A DNA stretch of 36,338 nucleotides from Octopus bimaculoides (GCF_001194135.2 NC_068981.1:156553213-156589550); one strand, 5' to 3'. Positions 1 to 12,482 are shown, numbered from the stretch's first letter. Numbers and translations: made by a program. The notes: generated by a model from the sequence alone, not told the origin.

Positions 1-258
1 TTTCCGGAAATTTTTTTTTTTAGAAATGCGTAAAAAAATACGGAGATTATGATTCTGAAAAAAACATTTTTTCTGAAAGTTATGAAGAGATAAAGTCTGG
101 GTCCAGCAGAAAGTTTCAAATCCAAGGTCGAATGCTTTCTAGTTTGCAACACAGAGGCCCCCTTATAGATCTGTAAATTAACCAATGAAATGTTAAAGGC
201 GTAATTACATTATCACTCTGCTTCAAGGGAGGTCACTACCACAATATTTTCTCTTAAC

Positions 259-373
259 ATGGCTAGCCTTAAAGTCTACTTCGATCTTCTCTCTCAACCT
301 TCCAGAGCTGTTTACATATTTTTGAAAATCAATAACATACCATTTATAGAAAAGCCAGTTGCTTTGCGTAAAG
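259..373 (+). CDS. GSTT1-like: Theta-class glutathione S-transferase, coding exon 1 (MASLKVYFDLLSQPSRAVYIFLKINNIPFIEKPVALRK)
   Basis: ATG at 259. The DLLSQPSRAVYIF motif is typical of theta GSTs, with catalytic Ser12 at 292-294. A phase-1 GT donor at 374 matches the intron position I recall for human GSTT1. Not in the ORF track. Confidence 0.95.
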
Positions 374-686
374 GTCAGTGAAATCTATAATTATTTCTGT
401 TATTATTTAGACTCAGCTCGGCTTTTTGATTAAATTAAAGCTGTGCAACTATCCAGCCTTTTTATTTTGTTATGAATCCTGCATATCAAGCGATTTTAGA
501 GTTATTTGGCTATTATTTCTAGCAGGCCGAGCAGTGGTGTTTGCTCGATCTGCAATTATTGCTAAGCATTAGATTAGCATTGTTCAATTTTGTTGATATT
601 ACCTACAAAATAGTGTGCTGGACAAAATGTTTTTCCTTCTACTCTGATTTTACATTACGCCCAGGTTGCACTCATCTTCGCATACT

Positions 687-1290
687 TCCCTAAAATTGTT
701 GGCCTTGTGATTAAATTAGAAACAGCTATTATTATTCCGTCGAGGTCGAGTTTGCCTTCCATCCTTTGGGGTCGATAAAATAAGTGCCAGTTGAGCACTG
801 AGTTCGATGTAGTAGATTTTCTCCCCAGTCCCACAAATTTCAGGCGTTGAGCCTGTGATAGAAAAGATTATTATTATTAAGGCGGCGAGCTAGCAGAATC
901 GTAAGTACGCCGGGGAAAATGCATTGTGACATTTCGTTCGTTCTGAGTTCAAATTCCACCGAGGTCCACTTTGCCTGTCATCCTTCCGGGGTCGATAAAA
1001 TAAGTACCAGTTAAGCACTGGGGCGATGTAACCGACTTACTCTCCTCCCCCGAAATTACTGGCCTTGTGCCGAAATGTGAAAACATTATCAAGGCAGCGA
1101 GCTGGTGGAACCGTTAGTACGTCGGCTGCATTTTTTCCAGCTTTTTATGTTCTGAGTTCAAATTCTATGAAGGTCGACTTTGCCATTTACCCTTTCCGAG
1201 TCGATGAAATAAGTACCAGTTGAGTGCTGTGGTCGATATAATCGACTTACCCATCTCCATAAATTTCAAGCTTTGTGCCTAAATTAAAAA
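687..1290 (+). mobile_element. Head-to-tail array of about 4 family B SINE copies (core CCTTTCATCCTTCCGGGGTCGATAAAATAAGTACCAG)
   Basis: Copies at about 687-722 (3' end only), 737-866, 879-1085 and 1091-1290, joined by ATT-rich linkers. Confidence 0.85.
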
Positions 1291-1842
1291 CGATAACTAA
1301 TTATTATTGATATTTTTGTATTGCGTGTCATGAAAAAGAAATATATTTTCAATAAATTCTGTCAAGTGTTGACTTGTTTATGCACAAGACAATATGGCAC
1401 TAAGTAAAATTATTATCTAAAATTATTTTACTAGTTTATTTGATTTTCTGTGTATATCATTTAACTATATTAATATCAAGACAAAAATGTTTAATGAGTT
1501 CGTTTTATTCTTATTAAATTTCTGTTGCAGTTTCTTTAAAATATTTTATATATACATTAATTGATATTACTTATAATTTGTTATATAGTGATATTTTGAC
1601 CCATAAAGTACTGGGGTAAGCACTTACATAGCATGGACTGGTGAGTACATCTTATGAAAATGAGACTACTGTGCACAAAAAAAAAAAGTTAAAATATCTT
1701 CTTAGTATATAATGGTGGCAAGTTTTACATCATCTGAAAAGTTATTAGTTGAACTATTAGTCCTCTTGCATTCTGGTGGGTATCGGAGCGTTTGAGTGAC
1801 ATTAAATCCCAGCAAACACCCAAAAATTAAATGCATCTATTA

Positions 1843-1905
1843 GGGCCACGATCATGACCTGTGCCTGACGGCCAGGATCGTGGCCCGTCGCACGTTATGT
1901 GTTAA
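1843..1905 (-). mobile_element. Possible piggyBac-like terminus with subterminal palindrome
   Basis: 17-bp inverted repeat (15/17, first 11 perfect) at 1843-1886, 15 nt from CACGTTATGTG-TTAA. No partner end found. Confidence 0.35.
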
Positions 1906-3639
1906 TTACATGAAAACAAAAGTTTTAACAACTGTAATCTAAAATAATTGAAACTGGAAAAACAGCTCCTATAACATGAAAAATGTCATGAATATAGAAT
2001 TAAAGATACCAAACTAAATAATGTATAATGTAATGTGTTTATTGATAATGTCTAATGTAACATGTTTATAAAGTAGATGTGACAAAGCACATAAATGGGA
2101 TGCATAGCTAAAAAAATATAAAAAATAAAATAATGTATTTATTAATCATGAAAATAGATCTGTCTCTTCGAAGTATATTAAAGCTGAAATCTTGATGATG
2201 CGGGTATCCTGTATACATTAAGGAAAGGAAACAAATCTTGAACAACACTATATTAGAACCCTTAAACGTACTGCAAATGCTGACCCTCACAATCGTTGAT
2301 GAACTCTCCTGACAAATTCGTATGCGCAACACTGGAGAAAAATAAATAAATAAAAAGGAAAAATGTATCACAGTAACTAACCTTCCTCTCCTGAGCAAGT
2401 TCTAGTTTGATGGACTACTGTGAAAGATATTCTATCTGGTCTCATGACTTGCTAGAAGTAGCAGTAAATGTCCCTCAAATTATACCCTACCATTTAAAAA
2501 ATTGTACAACTACATTGTGTACTATAGTTCAAGGTGAACACGAATACTTTTGATGATATATCTACCTACTTACTTCGGGGCTGACTTGGGGCTAAATAAC
2601 AATATCCAAGACTTTATCCTCACAAAGCCATCTGATTGATTGATAAAGTCTCAGTCACCAATGCACTTCAACTTCTAACCTGTAGAATTCTTTACCTTTC
2701 CTACTGCAACTACAGTTTTTACTTTTAGAACTATCTAGCTACATGTCAACTCTATCCAAGATTTCCCCTCATCACTCACACTGTGTTCCATCTTCTCACC
2801 AGTATACACAATCCTTCTCCTTAGAACATCAACCCAGTGAAATTCTTTTGCTTCCATATATTATTCTGTAGTTGTTGACTTTGAGATATTCAAATTGAAT
2901 ACCAAGTTGTATCGATATCCAGATTCTCGGAATGCCAGTGAAGGTGAAGGTCACAGCCCTATTCTTGCTGATTAAACCTAAAAAAGATAGCATTTGACCT
3001 ATAAAATGTATAAAAATATTGTATCAATAAAAAGAAAAGTTTCCAAAAAATGAAAAGAAAGACAAGCAGTTTTCTAAATTTAATCATCATAGATAAAAAA
3101 AATAATTTGAACTTTCTAGCTCCAGTAGTTTCTCTCCCATAGGAACAGGCAATCAAGCAATGAAGCAAACAAACCTGGTTAAGATAGAGACACTGAATTT
3201 TATGGTAGTTGAACATAGTGGATGTTAGGAAGGATGGTAATGGTGTGTGACAACTGATATTTACTTGAAAACTTATTTTATTTCTCTGTGAAATGTTGAT
3301 AGTATTTTACAATAGCTAACTTATAGGTTAGCTATTGTAGGTCTTATCTTACTGCAGTGACTACTCTTTTGTCTCCCTCCTCCTCCTCACTTTTCCTTAT
3401 CTCTCTCTCCTTTCTTTGCTTCTTATTTCTTAATGTCTTGTGACTCACTTGTTACAATCATGTTAGTGATAATTAACTTTTAGATAGATATGAATTGCTG
3501 GGGTTAAAGAGATTATGAAACTGTGAGAGTCACTTTCCAAGAGCATCATTAAAAGATTAAATTGTTAAACAAATGGATTGATATATTCAGTTTACTGCTA
3601 ACATTGCTTTATCAAAATAACAAACGCCATTGGAAAACT

Positions 3640-5295
3640 AAATTAAACCAGTGCTTGACTGGTAATTATTTTATCTAACACGCAAAGATGAAAAGCAGAA
3701 TTAACCTTGGTGGAATATGAACTGAGAATATAAAAAGCATAACTAAATATTGGTTTCAAATTTTAGCACAAGGCCAGTAATTTCAGGGGAGGGACTAAGT
3801 GGATTACAGCGACCTCAGCACTCAGCTGGTGCTTATTTTATCAACCCCAAAAGGATGAAAGGCAAAATTGACCTCAGAACATAAAAATGGACAAAATGCC
3901 ACTCAGCATTTTGCCTGGTTTGCTAATAGTTCTGCCAGCTTGCCTCCTTAGCACAACTTAATATTGTGAGATATTTCATCTAACAATGAACCAATTCCAC
4001 ATTCTATACCCTTGTAATAATAATGGTTTGGGGATTTAGGCACAAAGCAAGTGATTTCTGGAGGAAGGGATAAGTTAATAACATTGACTACAGTACTTGA
4101 CTGGTATTTTATTTTATTAAAGGGATAAAAGGCAAAGTTGGCCTTGGGTTCAAAATTTTATTTGAACTCATAATGTAAAGAGCTAGAACAAATACTCTAT
4201 GATATTTTGTCCTGTACTCTAATGATTCTATGAATTCATCACCTTTAAATTTGATGGGAGGTTCAACTGTATCTGCTCTAAAGCAAATGGCTCAGTGGCT
4301 AGAGTGTCGGGCTCACAATCATATGGTAGCGTGATCTATTCCTGGACCAGGCTGTGTTGTGTTTTTGAGTAAGACACTTTACTTCACATTGCTCCAGTTG
4401 ACTCAGTTGTAGAAATGAGTTGTGATGTCACTGGTGCCAAGCTGTATTGACCTTTGCCTTTCCCTTGGTTAACATCAGTGGCATAGAGAGGGGAGACTGG
4501 TATGCATGGGCGACTGCTAGTTTTCCATAAACAACCTTACTCGAACTTGTGGCTCAGAGGATAACTTTCTTGGTGAAATCCCATAGTCATTCATGACTGA
4601 GTGGGGTCTTTGCCTTTTCTTAGTACTTGACTGGTGAGTTGTTTTATTGAACCTAGAAGGATTAAAGGCCAAGTTGACTTTAGTGGGATTTGAAATTAGA
4701 ATGCACAGAACTAGAAGAAATACTACAAAGCATTTTATCTGACACTAATGGTCCTGCAAATCCACCAGCTTTAAATTTGGTGGGAGGGTTCAAGTCAATT
4801 ACATTGACCCTCATGCTAGACTGGTACTTAATTTTATTGGCTGATTTGAACTCAGAATGTGAAGTCATAATTAAAGAATGAAAGGCATGTTGATAGGGTT
4901 CTCTAAATTATGATAATTAAACTCATGGCTTCTATGCTAATCCATGCTAATAATTCTGCTGGCAGTGAACTGGAAGAATTGTTAGCAAACTGGGGTCAAT
5001 TTTGCCTTACGTCCTGTTGGGGTTGATAAAATAAATACCAGTTGGACACTGGGATCAAAATAATCAACTTACCCCTTCCCCAAAAATTTTTGGCCGTGTG
5101 CTAAAATTTGAAATCAATAATCATGGCTTCTAATTTAGGCACAAAGCCAGTAGCTGCTGTGGGATTTTTCAATACCACAAACTCCAGCACTTGACTAATA
5201 CTTAATTTTAGTGATTCTGGAAGGATGTAAGTCAAAGTTGACTTCAGTGAGATTTGAACTGAGAATGTAAAGAGCCAAAACAAATACTACAAAGC
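3640..5295. mobile_element. Cluster of degraded family B SINEs in both orientations
   Basis: The core motif recurs at about 3640-3955 (-), 4030-4250 (-), 4620-4900 (-), 4960-5105 (+) and 5120-5295 (-). Confidence 0.7.
4286..4615 (+). mobile_element. tRNA-derived SINE, family C
   Basis: A-box TGGCTCAGTGG, with a TTGAGTAAGACACTT...TTGCTCCAGT...AAATGAGT central domain also seen at about 32370-32520. Its 3' part recurs inverted at about 34436-34590. Confidence 0.75.
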
Positions 5296-5559
5296 ATATA
5301 TCAAATATAATGATTTATAATTTATGCATGAAGTCACACACTAAATAAAGTATCTAAAGTCACCACAGATGCTAGGCCACATGCTTTCTTAGAGAATAAA
5401 TTACAAAGGAAAATTACTTAGACATGCCATTCACATAAAAAACAGCAGTTAAGTTAGTGTTTACATATTTATTGCAGGGAAAATTAAAAAAGCTAGGAGA
5501 GTATAGTATTAGTCATTGACTGATGTTATTTTTTTTAATTACCCTAATAAATACAGAGG

Positions 5560-6110
5560 GAAACTCTGGAGACTGTTTGAGGGATCATCTCTGAATACCA
5601 GACACATTGCTTAACTAAAACTACATCTGAAAGACAAGATATCCTCTTCAGAGCCCCACAAATATTTCACTCACAGGGCATCAACAGATGGAGTACTGCT
5701 TCCATATCTGGAACAGTGCTACTACTGGATTCACAAACATCTTAGATCATATCTGAAAGAGGGCCATCTGACAAACTGGTAAAAACTCGTTTGCCAACAC
5801 ATTATAGACTGTAATCCATAGATATACTGCACCTTCTCTTTGCTTATTCTATTACTAGTAAATGGTCTATACTTCTCTGAACTGAATAGTTGTATATCAT
5901 CTTCTCCCAGACCAACTGTTCCTATCTCTTATTATCACTACAGTGCCTCATCTCTTAACCCATGCACTATACACTCTAAGCACTCCTTTCTCCCCAGAAC
6001 TTCAAAACCCTGGAAATTTCTCACTATTCCAGTTTTGCCAGCCAACATCAATGTTCAAGCTGAAATCAACCACCAATCTCACCAGCCTTGAAGAGCCTAC
6101 ATATGCATGG
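5560..6110 (+). mobile_element. CR1/L2-like LINE 3' fragment, degraded
   Basis: MEYCFHIW (5688) ...ILDHI*KRAI and SFLPRTSKPW resemble the RT C-terminal MEYCSHIW...KRAI...SFFPRT..LWN pattern. Confidence 0.65.
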
Positions 6111-6239
6111 TTTTCCTTCTGATTAAATCATAATAAAATTACCCACCTCAAAAACATGAAGACAAAGTTGATCCAAGTGGAATTTGAACCTAGAACTCAA
6201 GGAGGCATAACTAAATAGAGTCAAAAATTTATTGCCTCA

Positions 6240-6403
6240 GGTGCATGCATGACTGTGTGGAAAGAAGTTAGCCTCCCAACCACATGGTTCTTGGTTCAAT
6301 CCCACTGTGTGGCACCATGGGAAAGTGTCTTCTGTAGCACTAGGTTGATCAAAGCATTATGAATAGATTTGGTAGACAGAAACTGAAAGAGGCCCATCAT
6401 ATA

Positions 6404-6434
<31 letters not shown>

Positions 6435-6655
6435 TACCTTGATGTCATGTAATAGTTGTAAATGAATATCTCATCTTGCAAGCAGTGTCCTTTGTTTCTA
6501 ATCTTCCACAAAAACATGTCTGATCATGAGGAAATATTATCTTACTTGAAAACAGTTGAGGGCATCCAGCTATAGAAAATCTACCCCAACTAAATGCCTT
6601 CCAGCTCATGTGAGCATGGAAAAGTGGATGTTAAAATGATGATGATGATGATGTC
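6240..6655 (+). mobile_element. Family A SINE head joined to a (GAT)n-tailed 3' module, degraded
   Basis: CCAACCACATGGTTC...CCCACTG head, (TG)n, then CATGGAAAAGTGGATGTTAAAATGATGATG. Confidence 0.65.
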
Positions 6656-6820
6656 TATTCTTTTTGTGCTACTCTACCAGCAAACATTCTTTCTCCAAGT
6701 GTTTCAGGTTCCATTCTGAACAGGAATTTGATGTTTCATAGTTTTTTCTGTTACTGTAAAGCTGTGCAAAGTAAAAATGTTTGTTAAATAATGTTGATTT
6801 ACATATTTCATTAATTATAG

Positions 6821-6908
6821 CTGAACATAAATATGAAGAATATACCAAAGTGAATTGTTTCCAAAAAGTTCCAGCAATTGATGATGATGGTTTTGTTCTT
6901 CGAGAAAG
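6821..6908 (+). CDS. GSTT1-like: Theta-class GST, coding exon 2 (AEHKYEEYTKVNCFQKVPAIDDDGFVLRES)
   Basis: Acceptor ...ttatag at 6820 and GT at 6909. The 88 nt keep phase with exons 1 and 3. Contains the cis-Pro KVP and ES glutathione-binding motifs. Confidence 0.95.
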
Positions 6909-7759
6909 GTATAAATATATTATTTTTGCTTAACTCCTAATTTTTTTCAAAGTATTTTTTATTTGCCGTATTGTTTTGGGATAACACTCAAGACTTCTTG
7001 TAGTGTGTAGTTATTTCTGTAAGTGACTGTCTTTTCGTTAAGTATAGTGACAACAAAATGTTTTAACTTCTTTCTGTATCTAACAAAACACTTGTCAATT
7101 TTTCAGTGTTTCTTTTTGCTTTTTATATCATCTTCATCATTGTCGTTATCGCCATCATCATCACTGTTGTTGTTATCATCATATAGTTCCACATACACTG
7201 TGTTAAATAAATTGGGATATACAATCATGAGTGTAATGTTTTTCAATCAAAAATTGATCAGTATTGAACTGGAATGAAACAACACACTTGATAACATGAC
7301 ATAAGCCACTGATCTGTTGCCTCGCTGATTATCTCGTGCTGTGTCTTTGTCACTAATTCTGTATTTATTTATTTATTCATTTTACAAGGTATTTTGTTAT
7401 ATTTATACTGGCTTTAGTCTTTGGACTGCAAGCATACTGGGGCAATATGTTGAAAGGTTTTTAGATGATACTGGGTCATCCCACAAATAATGTAGTTTTT
7501 TATACTTCTTTTATTTTTCTTAATTAAGATAAACAAAGTTCTTTTTTCATCTAAAATATACTCTCCTTCATTTTCTACAATGCTTTTCCATCTATCTGGT
7601 AGACTTGCAAAACTCCTCTCCCAAAATTCACTTGTTTGTGATGGAAAAGTTTTCTCCAGTGCTGTTCTGACCTTGTCTACAGAATTCATGTTTTCTCCGT
7701 TCAAGTGATTTTGAAGACTGCAAAATAAATAACCAGATGGGACAATGTCCGGTGAATAT

Positions 7760-8748
7760 CTTACGTACTGAATTTATCGATACAAATATTGTATGTGATG
7801 TAATTACCGATCGTACGCATTCATTATTTGTTTATACTTGTATCATACTAGACAACTACAAGTTACAACACGTTGGTGGTCGCTTGTACACTTGTCTGAA
7901 ACTCTGACACCGCCAGTTGACAGCTTGACTGTTTTGGTGGTGTACACTTCAATTGTTACTCGTGATTTAAAATTTGTTTAACAACATTTTAAGTGAGTGT
8001 TTTTGTTTTGTAACCCTTTGCGAAGTAATGGCAGACAATAGTGTGTCCAAAAAGAGGAAGTGGTACACCCAAACTTTTTTCAAGAAGTGGTGGTTTTGGT
8101 TAAGGCAAGATGATAAAAATCCTGACATCNNNNNNNNNNTACACCCAAACTTTTTTCAAGAAGTGGTGGTTTTGGTTAAGGCAAGATGATAAAAATCCTG
8201 ACATCTACTACGTTATGTTGAAAATGCTAACAAACCAATGTTGTTAGTTCATAAAAACACTGCCAAACACAAGAAAGCTTTTGATTGTGCAAAATCTGCT
8301 ATTAAAGTAGATCTGTTTATTGTTAGAAAAACATGATATATTAAACGAAAAATTGCTATGGCAGACTTGCTCCTTACAGGTTATGTTGCTGAACATCACG
8401 TACCTTTCGTCCATATAAATCACTTAGCTGAAGTTTGTAAAAAGGCCTTTCCCAATAGTCAAATAGCTAAAAATCTACAAATGAAGAAGAACAAAATTAA
8501 CATACATTATGCAAGATGGAATTGCACATTATGAATGAAATGAAATCTTGGAAATTCTCAAGAAACAAGATTTCATTATTGATGAGAGTACAGACATCTC
8601 AGTGACACAAATCTTAGCAATAGCTGTTCGCTTTTTTGATGAACAATCACTTAATGTCAAGGATGCTCTTCTGGATGCAATTGTAGTTGATGCTGTCAAG
8701 TCGACGCTTACAAAAGATGTATCTATGAGCAACATACTTGGATTTGCC
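7760..8748 (+). mobile_element. hAT-superfamily transposase fragment (5' part, frameshifted)
   Basis: ATG at 8028 (MADNSVSKKRKWYTQ.F..W..WL), then H..TAKH, VAEHHVPF..I.HL and IIDESTDISVTQILAIAVRFFD, which are typical of hAT/ZBED-type transposases. Multiple frameshifts. Confidence 0.8.
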
Positions 8749-8910
8749 TGCCGTTGCCATGGCTTATGCTTATTGTCCAATCCCCATATATTGCATTAAT
8801 ATTCCTCGCACTTTCCGTTGCGTTGTTGCCTTTATTGAACTCATAAAGCAAAATATACCGAATATGCTCTTTTATCACTTCCATTATAGCTTTGAAAAAA
8901 CATAACTGCT

Positions 8911-9066
8911 AGGAGTGACTGTGTGGTAAGTAGCTTGCTTACCAACCACATGGTTCCGGGTTCAGTCCCACTGTGTGGTATCTTGGGCAAGTGTCTTCTA
9001 TAGCCTCGGGCCGACCAAAGCCTGTGAGTGGATTTGGTAGACGGAAACTGAAAGAAGCCCGTCGTA

Positions 9067-9103
<37 letters not shown>

Positions 9104-9352
9104 TCATCATCGTTTAACGTCCACTTTCCATGCTAGCATATATATATGTATGTGTGTCTGTGTTTGTCTCCCCAACTTCGCTTGATAACCGATGCTGGTG
9201 TGTTTACGTCCCCGTAACTTAGCGGTTTGGCAAAAGAGACCGATAGAATAAGTACTAGGCTTCCAAAGAATAAGTCCTGGGGTCGATTTGCTCGACTAAA
9301 GGCGGTGTTCCAGCATGGCCACAGTCAAAAGACTGAAACAAGTAAAAGAGTA
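8911..9352 (+). mobile_element. tRNA-derived SINE, family A, inserted in the mariner 5' region
   Basis: tRNA-like head with B-box GGTTCAGTCCC, internal (TA)/(TG) tract and GTAAAAGAG tail. Near-identical to the copies at 9930 and 11246. Confidence 0.9.
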
Positions 9353-9929
9353 AAAAATTGACCTGCACTCTTTAAAACTTGCACAAAGAATAAGGACAAG
9401 GTAAAATTACTACCTGCTTTTATAGCAAGATAATGCAGGTAGTTTATCCCCTTCCGACTTTTAGTTCAGGCAATGGAAAAAACCGCATTGTTTATGGGAT
9501 GACCCAATGTAAATCCCTGCATTTATCCATTTGCTAAAATGATTAGTCACTGAATGAAAGGAGTTAACTCCCTTCTGTGAATTTACGTGCTTAACATGCA
9601 CACTAATAATACACACACACAGAAACGTACATACATACACATCATTATCATCATCACCACCACAACCACCTATGTTCACTTCTCTATGCTGGCATGGGTT
9701 GAACAGGTCTAGGTATATAGCAACATACAAAACTGCCATCTTCTGTATGTATGATTTTTACAGCAGGATGTTCTTTCCTCCACCAACCACATTACAGCAT
9801 AAACTGGGTATATTTTATTATGCCACTGGTACTAAAAATGTTGCCCTCCAACAAGACTAAAGCTCATTCTGTCCTATATCACCTCTGTTCCTTGTTTTTT
9901 TTTTTTTAATATTTATATGATTTTTTATA

Positions 9930-10298
9930 GGCGCAGGAGTGGCTGTGTGGTAAGTAGCTTGCTCACCAACCACATGGTTCCGGGTTCAGTCCCACTGTGT
10001 GGCACCTTGGGCAAGTGTCTTCTACTATAGCCTCGGGCCGACCAAAGCCTTGTGAGTGGATTTGGTAGACAGAAAACTGAAAGAAGCCCATCGTATATAT
10101 GCGTGTGTGTGTGTGTGTTTGTCCCCCCCCAACATCGCTTGCCAACCGATGGTGATGTGTTTACATCCCCGTAACTTAGCAGTTCGGCAAAAGAGACCGA
10201 TAGAATAAGTACTAGGCTTACAAAGAATAAGTCCTGGGATCGATTTGCTCAACTAAAGGCAGTGCTCCAGCATGTCCGCAGTCAAAAAAGTAAAGAGT
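9930..10298 (+). mobile_element. tRNA-derived SINE, family A
   Basis: A-box TGGCTGTGTGG and B-box GGTTCAGTCCC. Full length. Confidence 0.92.
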
Positions 10299-11012
10299 AT
10301 AGTTGGATACCCTTCCTACTGCCTCTCATGTTATGACATGAACTGGTTATATTCTACTGTATCACTAGCACTAGAGAGATTGTCTCCAACAAGTGTCCCC
10401 TCTACTTTATATTGCCTCCATTTGCTCCAACCTCTCATTAACCATCATATATAATTGCAGTTTTAATTCAGAGTTAATACTCTAGCTTGTGGCAGTATCC
10501 CCATATCCTCCATATGATTAGGGCAGAGCTCTTTCCATATTCTGTTGGGATTGTTCAAATTATCCAGCTTTTCTGATGGCTGTCTTTACTACTTTGGTGG
10601 GAATTGGGGTCTGTGTTTATTCTTGCTTGTAAGGAAAATGGGTATATTGTTGTTTCAGTCATGAAATAGAGAAAAGCTTTTACAAGAGTAGTTAGCACTC
10701 TTGGATAAAAACAGTCTGGATATTACATGTATGGTGATGCAAACAAGAAAAATAGAACTCAAAATATGAGTCCTCTGTGTAGGCACTTTTAATATCTAGT
10801 GGAAGCAACAGAGTGACTCAAGGGCCGAGAGTTTCATGCATTGACACTTATCAGTTTGATAAGTGCCTATGCATTAAATTCTTGGCCCTTGAATCATTCT
10901 GTTGCTTCTGCTAAACACTAATAAAAATATAGTACAGATATTAAATATAGGAAAATGTCTCTGTTACTGCAGTGGTTTAACTTTTGCCTGATTTTTATTG
11001 TTTCTTTTTTAG

Positions 11013-11163
11013 TGTGGCCATTTTAAAGTACCTTACTATCAAAAATAATCTAGTTGACCATTGGTACCCAAAAGATTTCCATACTCAGTTGCGTGTTGAT
11101 GAATACCTCCACTGGCAACATTTTAACACACGCCTCAATGCTGCTATGGTGTTTCGGAATCTG
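11013..11163 (+). CDS. GSTT1-like: Theta-class GST, coding exon 3 (VAILKYL...HWYPKDFHTQLRVDEYLHWQHFNTRLNAAMVFRNL)
   Basis: Pyrimidine tract plus AG at 11011-11012 and GTATGA donor at 11164. The 151 nt carry the theta-specific HWYP...RVDEYL.WQH motif. Confidence 0.96.
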
Positions 11164-11245
11164 GTATGATGTTTTACTACTTTCAAAAAAAAACAAAATT
11201 TTAAAACCTAAAAACTAAATGATATTTGTACTGTATGTTAAAGTA

Positions 11246-11660
11246 TACTCTTACTCTTTACTTGTTTCAGTCATTTGACTGTGGCCATGCTGGAGCACCA
11301 CCTTTAGTTGAGCAAATCAACCCCGGGACTTATTCTTTGTAAGCCTAGTACTTATTCTATCGGTCTCTTTTGCCGAACTGCTAAGTGACAGGGACATAAA
11401 CACACCAACATCAGTTGTCAAGCAATGCTAGGGGGGACAAACACAGACACACAAACACACACACACACGCATACATATATATATATATACATATATGCGA
11501 TGGGCTTCTTTCAGTTTCCATCTACCAAATCCACTCACAAGACTTTGGTCGGCCCGAGGCTATAGTAAAAAACGCTTGCCCAAGATGCCATGCAATGGGA
11601 CTGAACCCGGAACCATGTGGTTGGTAAGCAAGCTACTTACCACACAGCCACTCCTGCACC
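11246..11660 (-). mobile_element. tRNA-derived SINE, family A (antisense copy)
   Basis: The reverse complement matches 9930-10298 over its whole length. Confidence 0.92.
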
Positions 11661-11689
11661 TATGATCATTCTGGTACTATATTTTACAG

Positions 11690-12439
11690 ACACTTGAAAA
11701 ATAAAAGGCAAAGTTGACTTTAACCATTGCAGAATTTGAACTCAGAATGTAATGAGTTGGGAAAAGTATTGCTTAGCATTTTCTCTGATGCTCTAATTAT
11801 TCTGCTAGCTTACCTCTTTCAATAATTGTTTCTAAATTAGGCTTAAATCCAGTAATTTTGTAGGGAAGGGGCTAGTCATGTCAGTACTTGACTAGTTCTT
11901 ATTTTGATCTTTGCAGTACTTGAACTTAAAAATTAAAGGGCTAGACCAAATATCTCAAGACATCTGTTTAATAATAATAATAATAATAATAATAATCCTT
12001 TCTACTAAAGGCACAAGGCTTGAAATTTTGGGAGGGGAATAGCTGATTACATCGACCTTAGTACTTGACTGGTACTTAATTTATTGACCCTGAAAGGATG
12101 AATGACAAAGTCGACCTTGCTGGAATTTGAACTCAGACATAAAGACAGATGAAATGCCACTAAGTATTTTTCCCAGTGTGCTAACGATTCTGCAAGCTTG
12201 CCACCTTTGTTGATGATAATGGTTTCAAATTTTGCTACAAGTGCAGTAATTTTGGGGGAGGGGATGAATCAATTACATTGACCCCAGTGTTCAACTGGTA
12301 TTATACTAATTTTTTCAACTCCAAAAGGATGAAAGGCAAAGCTGACCTCAGTGGAATTTAAACTCAGAATGTAACGATGGGAAAAATACCGCTAAGCATT
12401 TCATCCAGTGTGCTCACAGTTCTGCCAACTTGTCACCTC

Positions 12440-12482
<43 letters not shown>

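Larger units (their letters stand above)
7469..9511 (-). mobile_element. Mariner/Tc1 transposon remnant, internally deleted and interrupted
   Basis: 31-bp TIRs at 7471-7501 and 9477-9507 (26/31 identical), with TA at the left end. Transposase N-terminus MEVIKEHIRYILLYEFNKGNNATESARNINAIYG starts at 8884. The C-terminus YSPDIVPS...SLQNHLNG...LPDRW lies at 7758-7550. Confidence 0.9.

Noticed and set aside
1-420. GST regulatory motifs: TTTCCGGAAA palindrome (1-10), AGGTCA half-site (230-235), ARE-like AGACTCAGC (409-417)
   Set aside because: Short, isolated or mismatched motifs with no TSS information; expected by chance.
2600-2960. Possible additional CR1-like 3' fragments (STSNL*NSLP)
   Set aside because: The similarity is too short and degraded to support without an alignment.
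8064-8205. Exact 66-bp direct repeat (8064-8129 and 8140-8205)
   Set aside because: It flanks a 10-N gap with zero mismatches, the signature of unmerged overlapping contig ends.
9930-10000. tRNA-like A/B boxes as true tRNA genes
   Set aside because: No complete cloverleaf is evident, and they continue into multi-copy SINE bodies.
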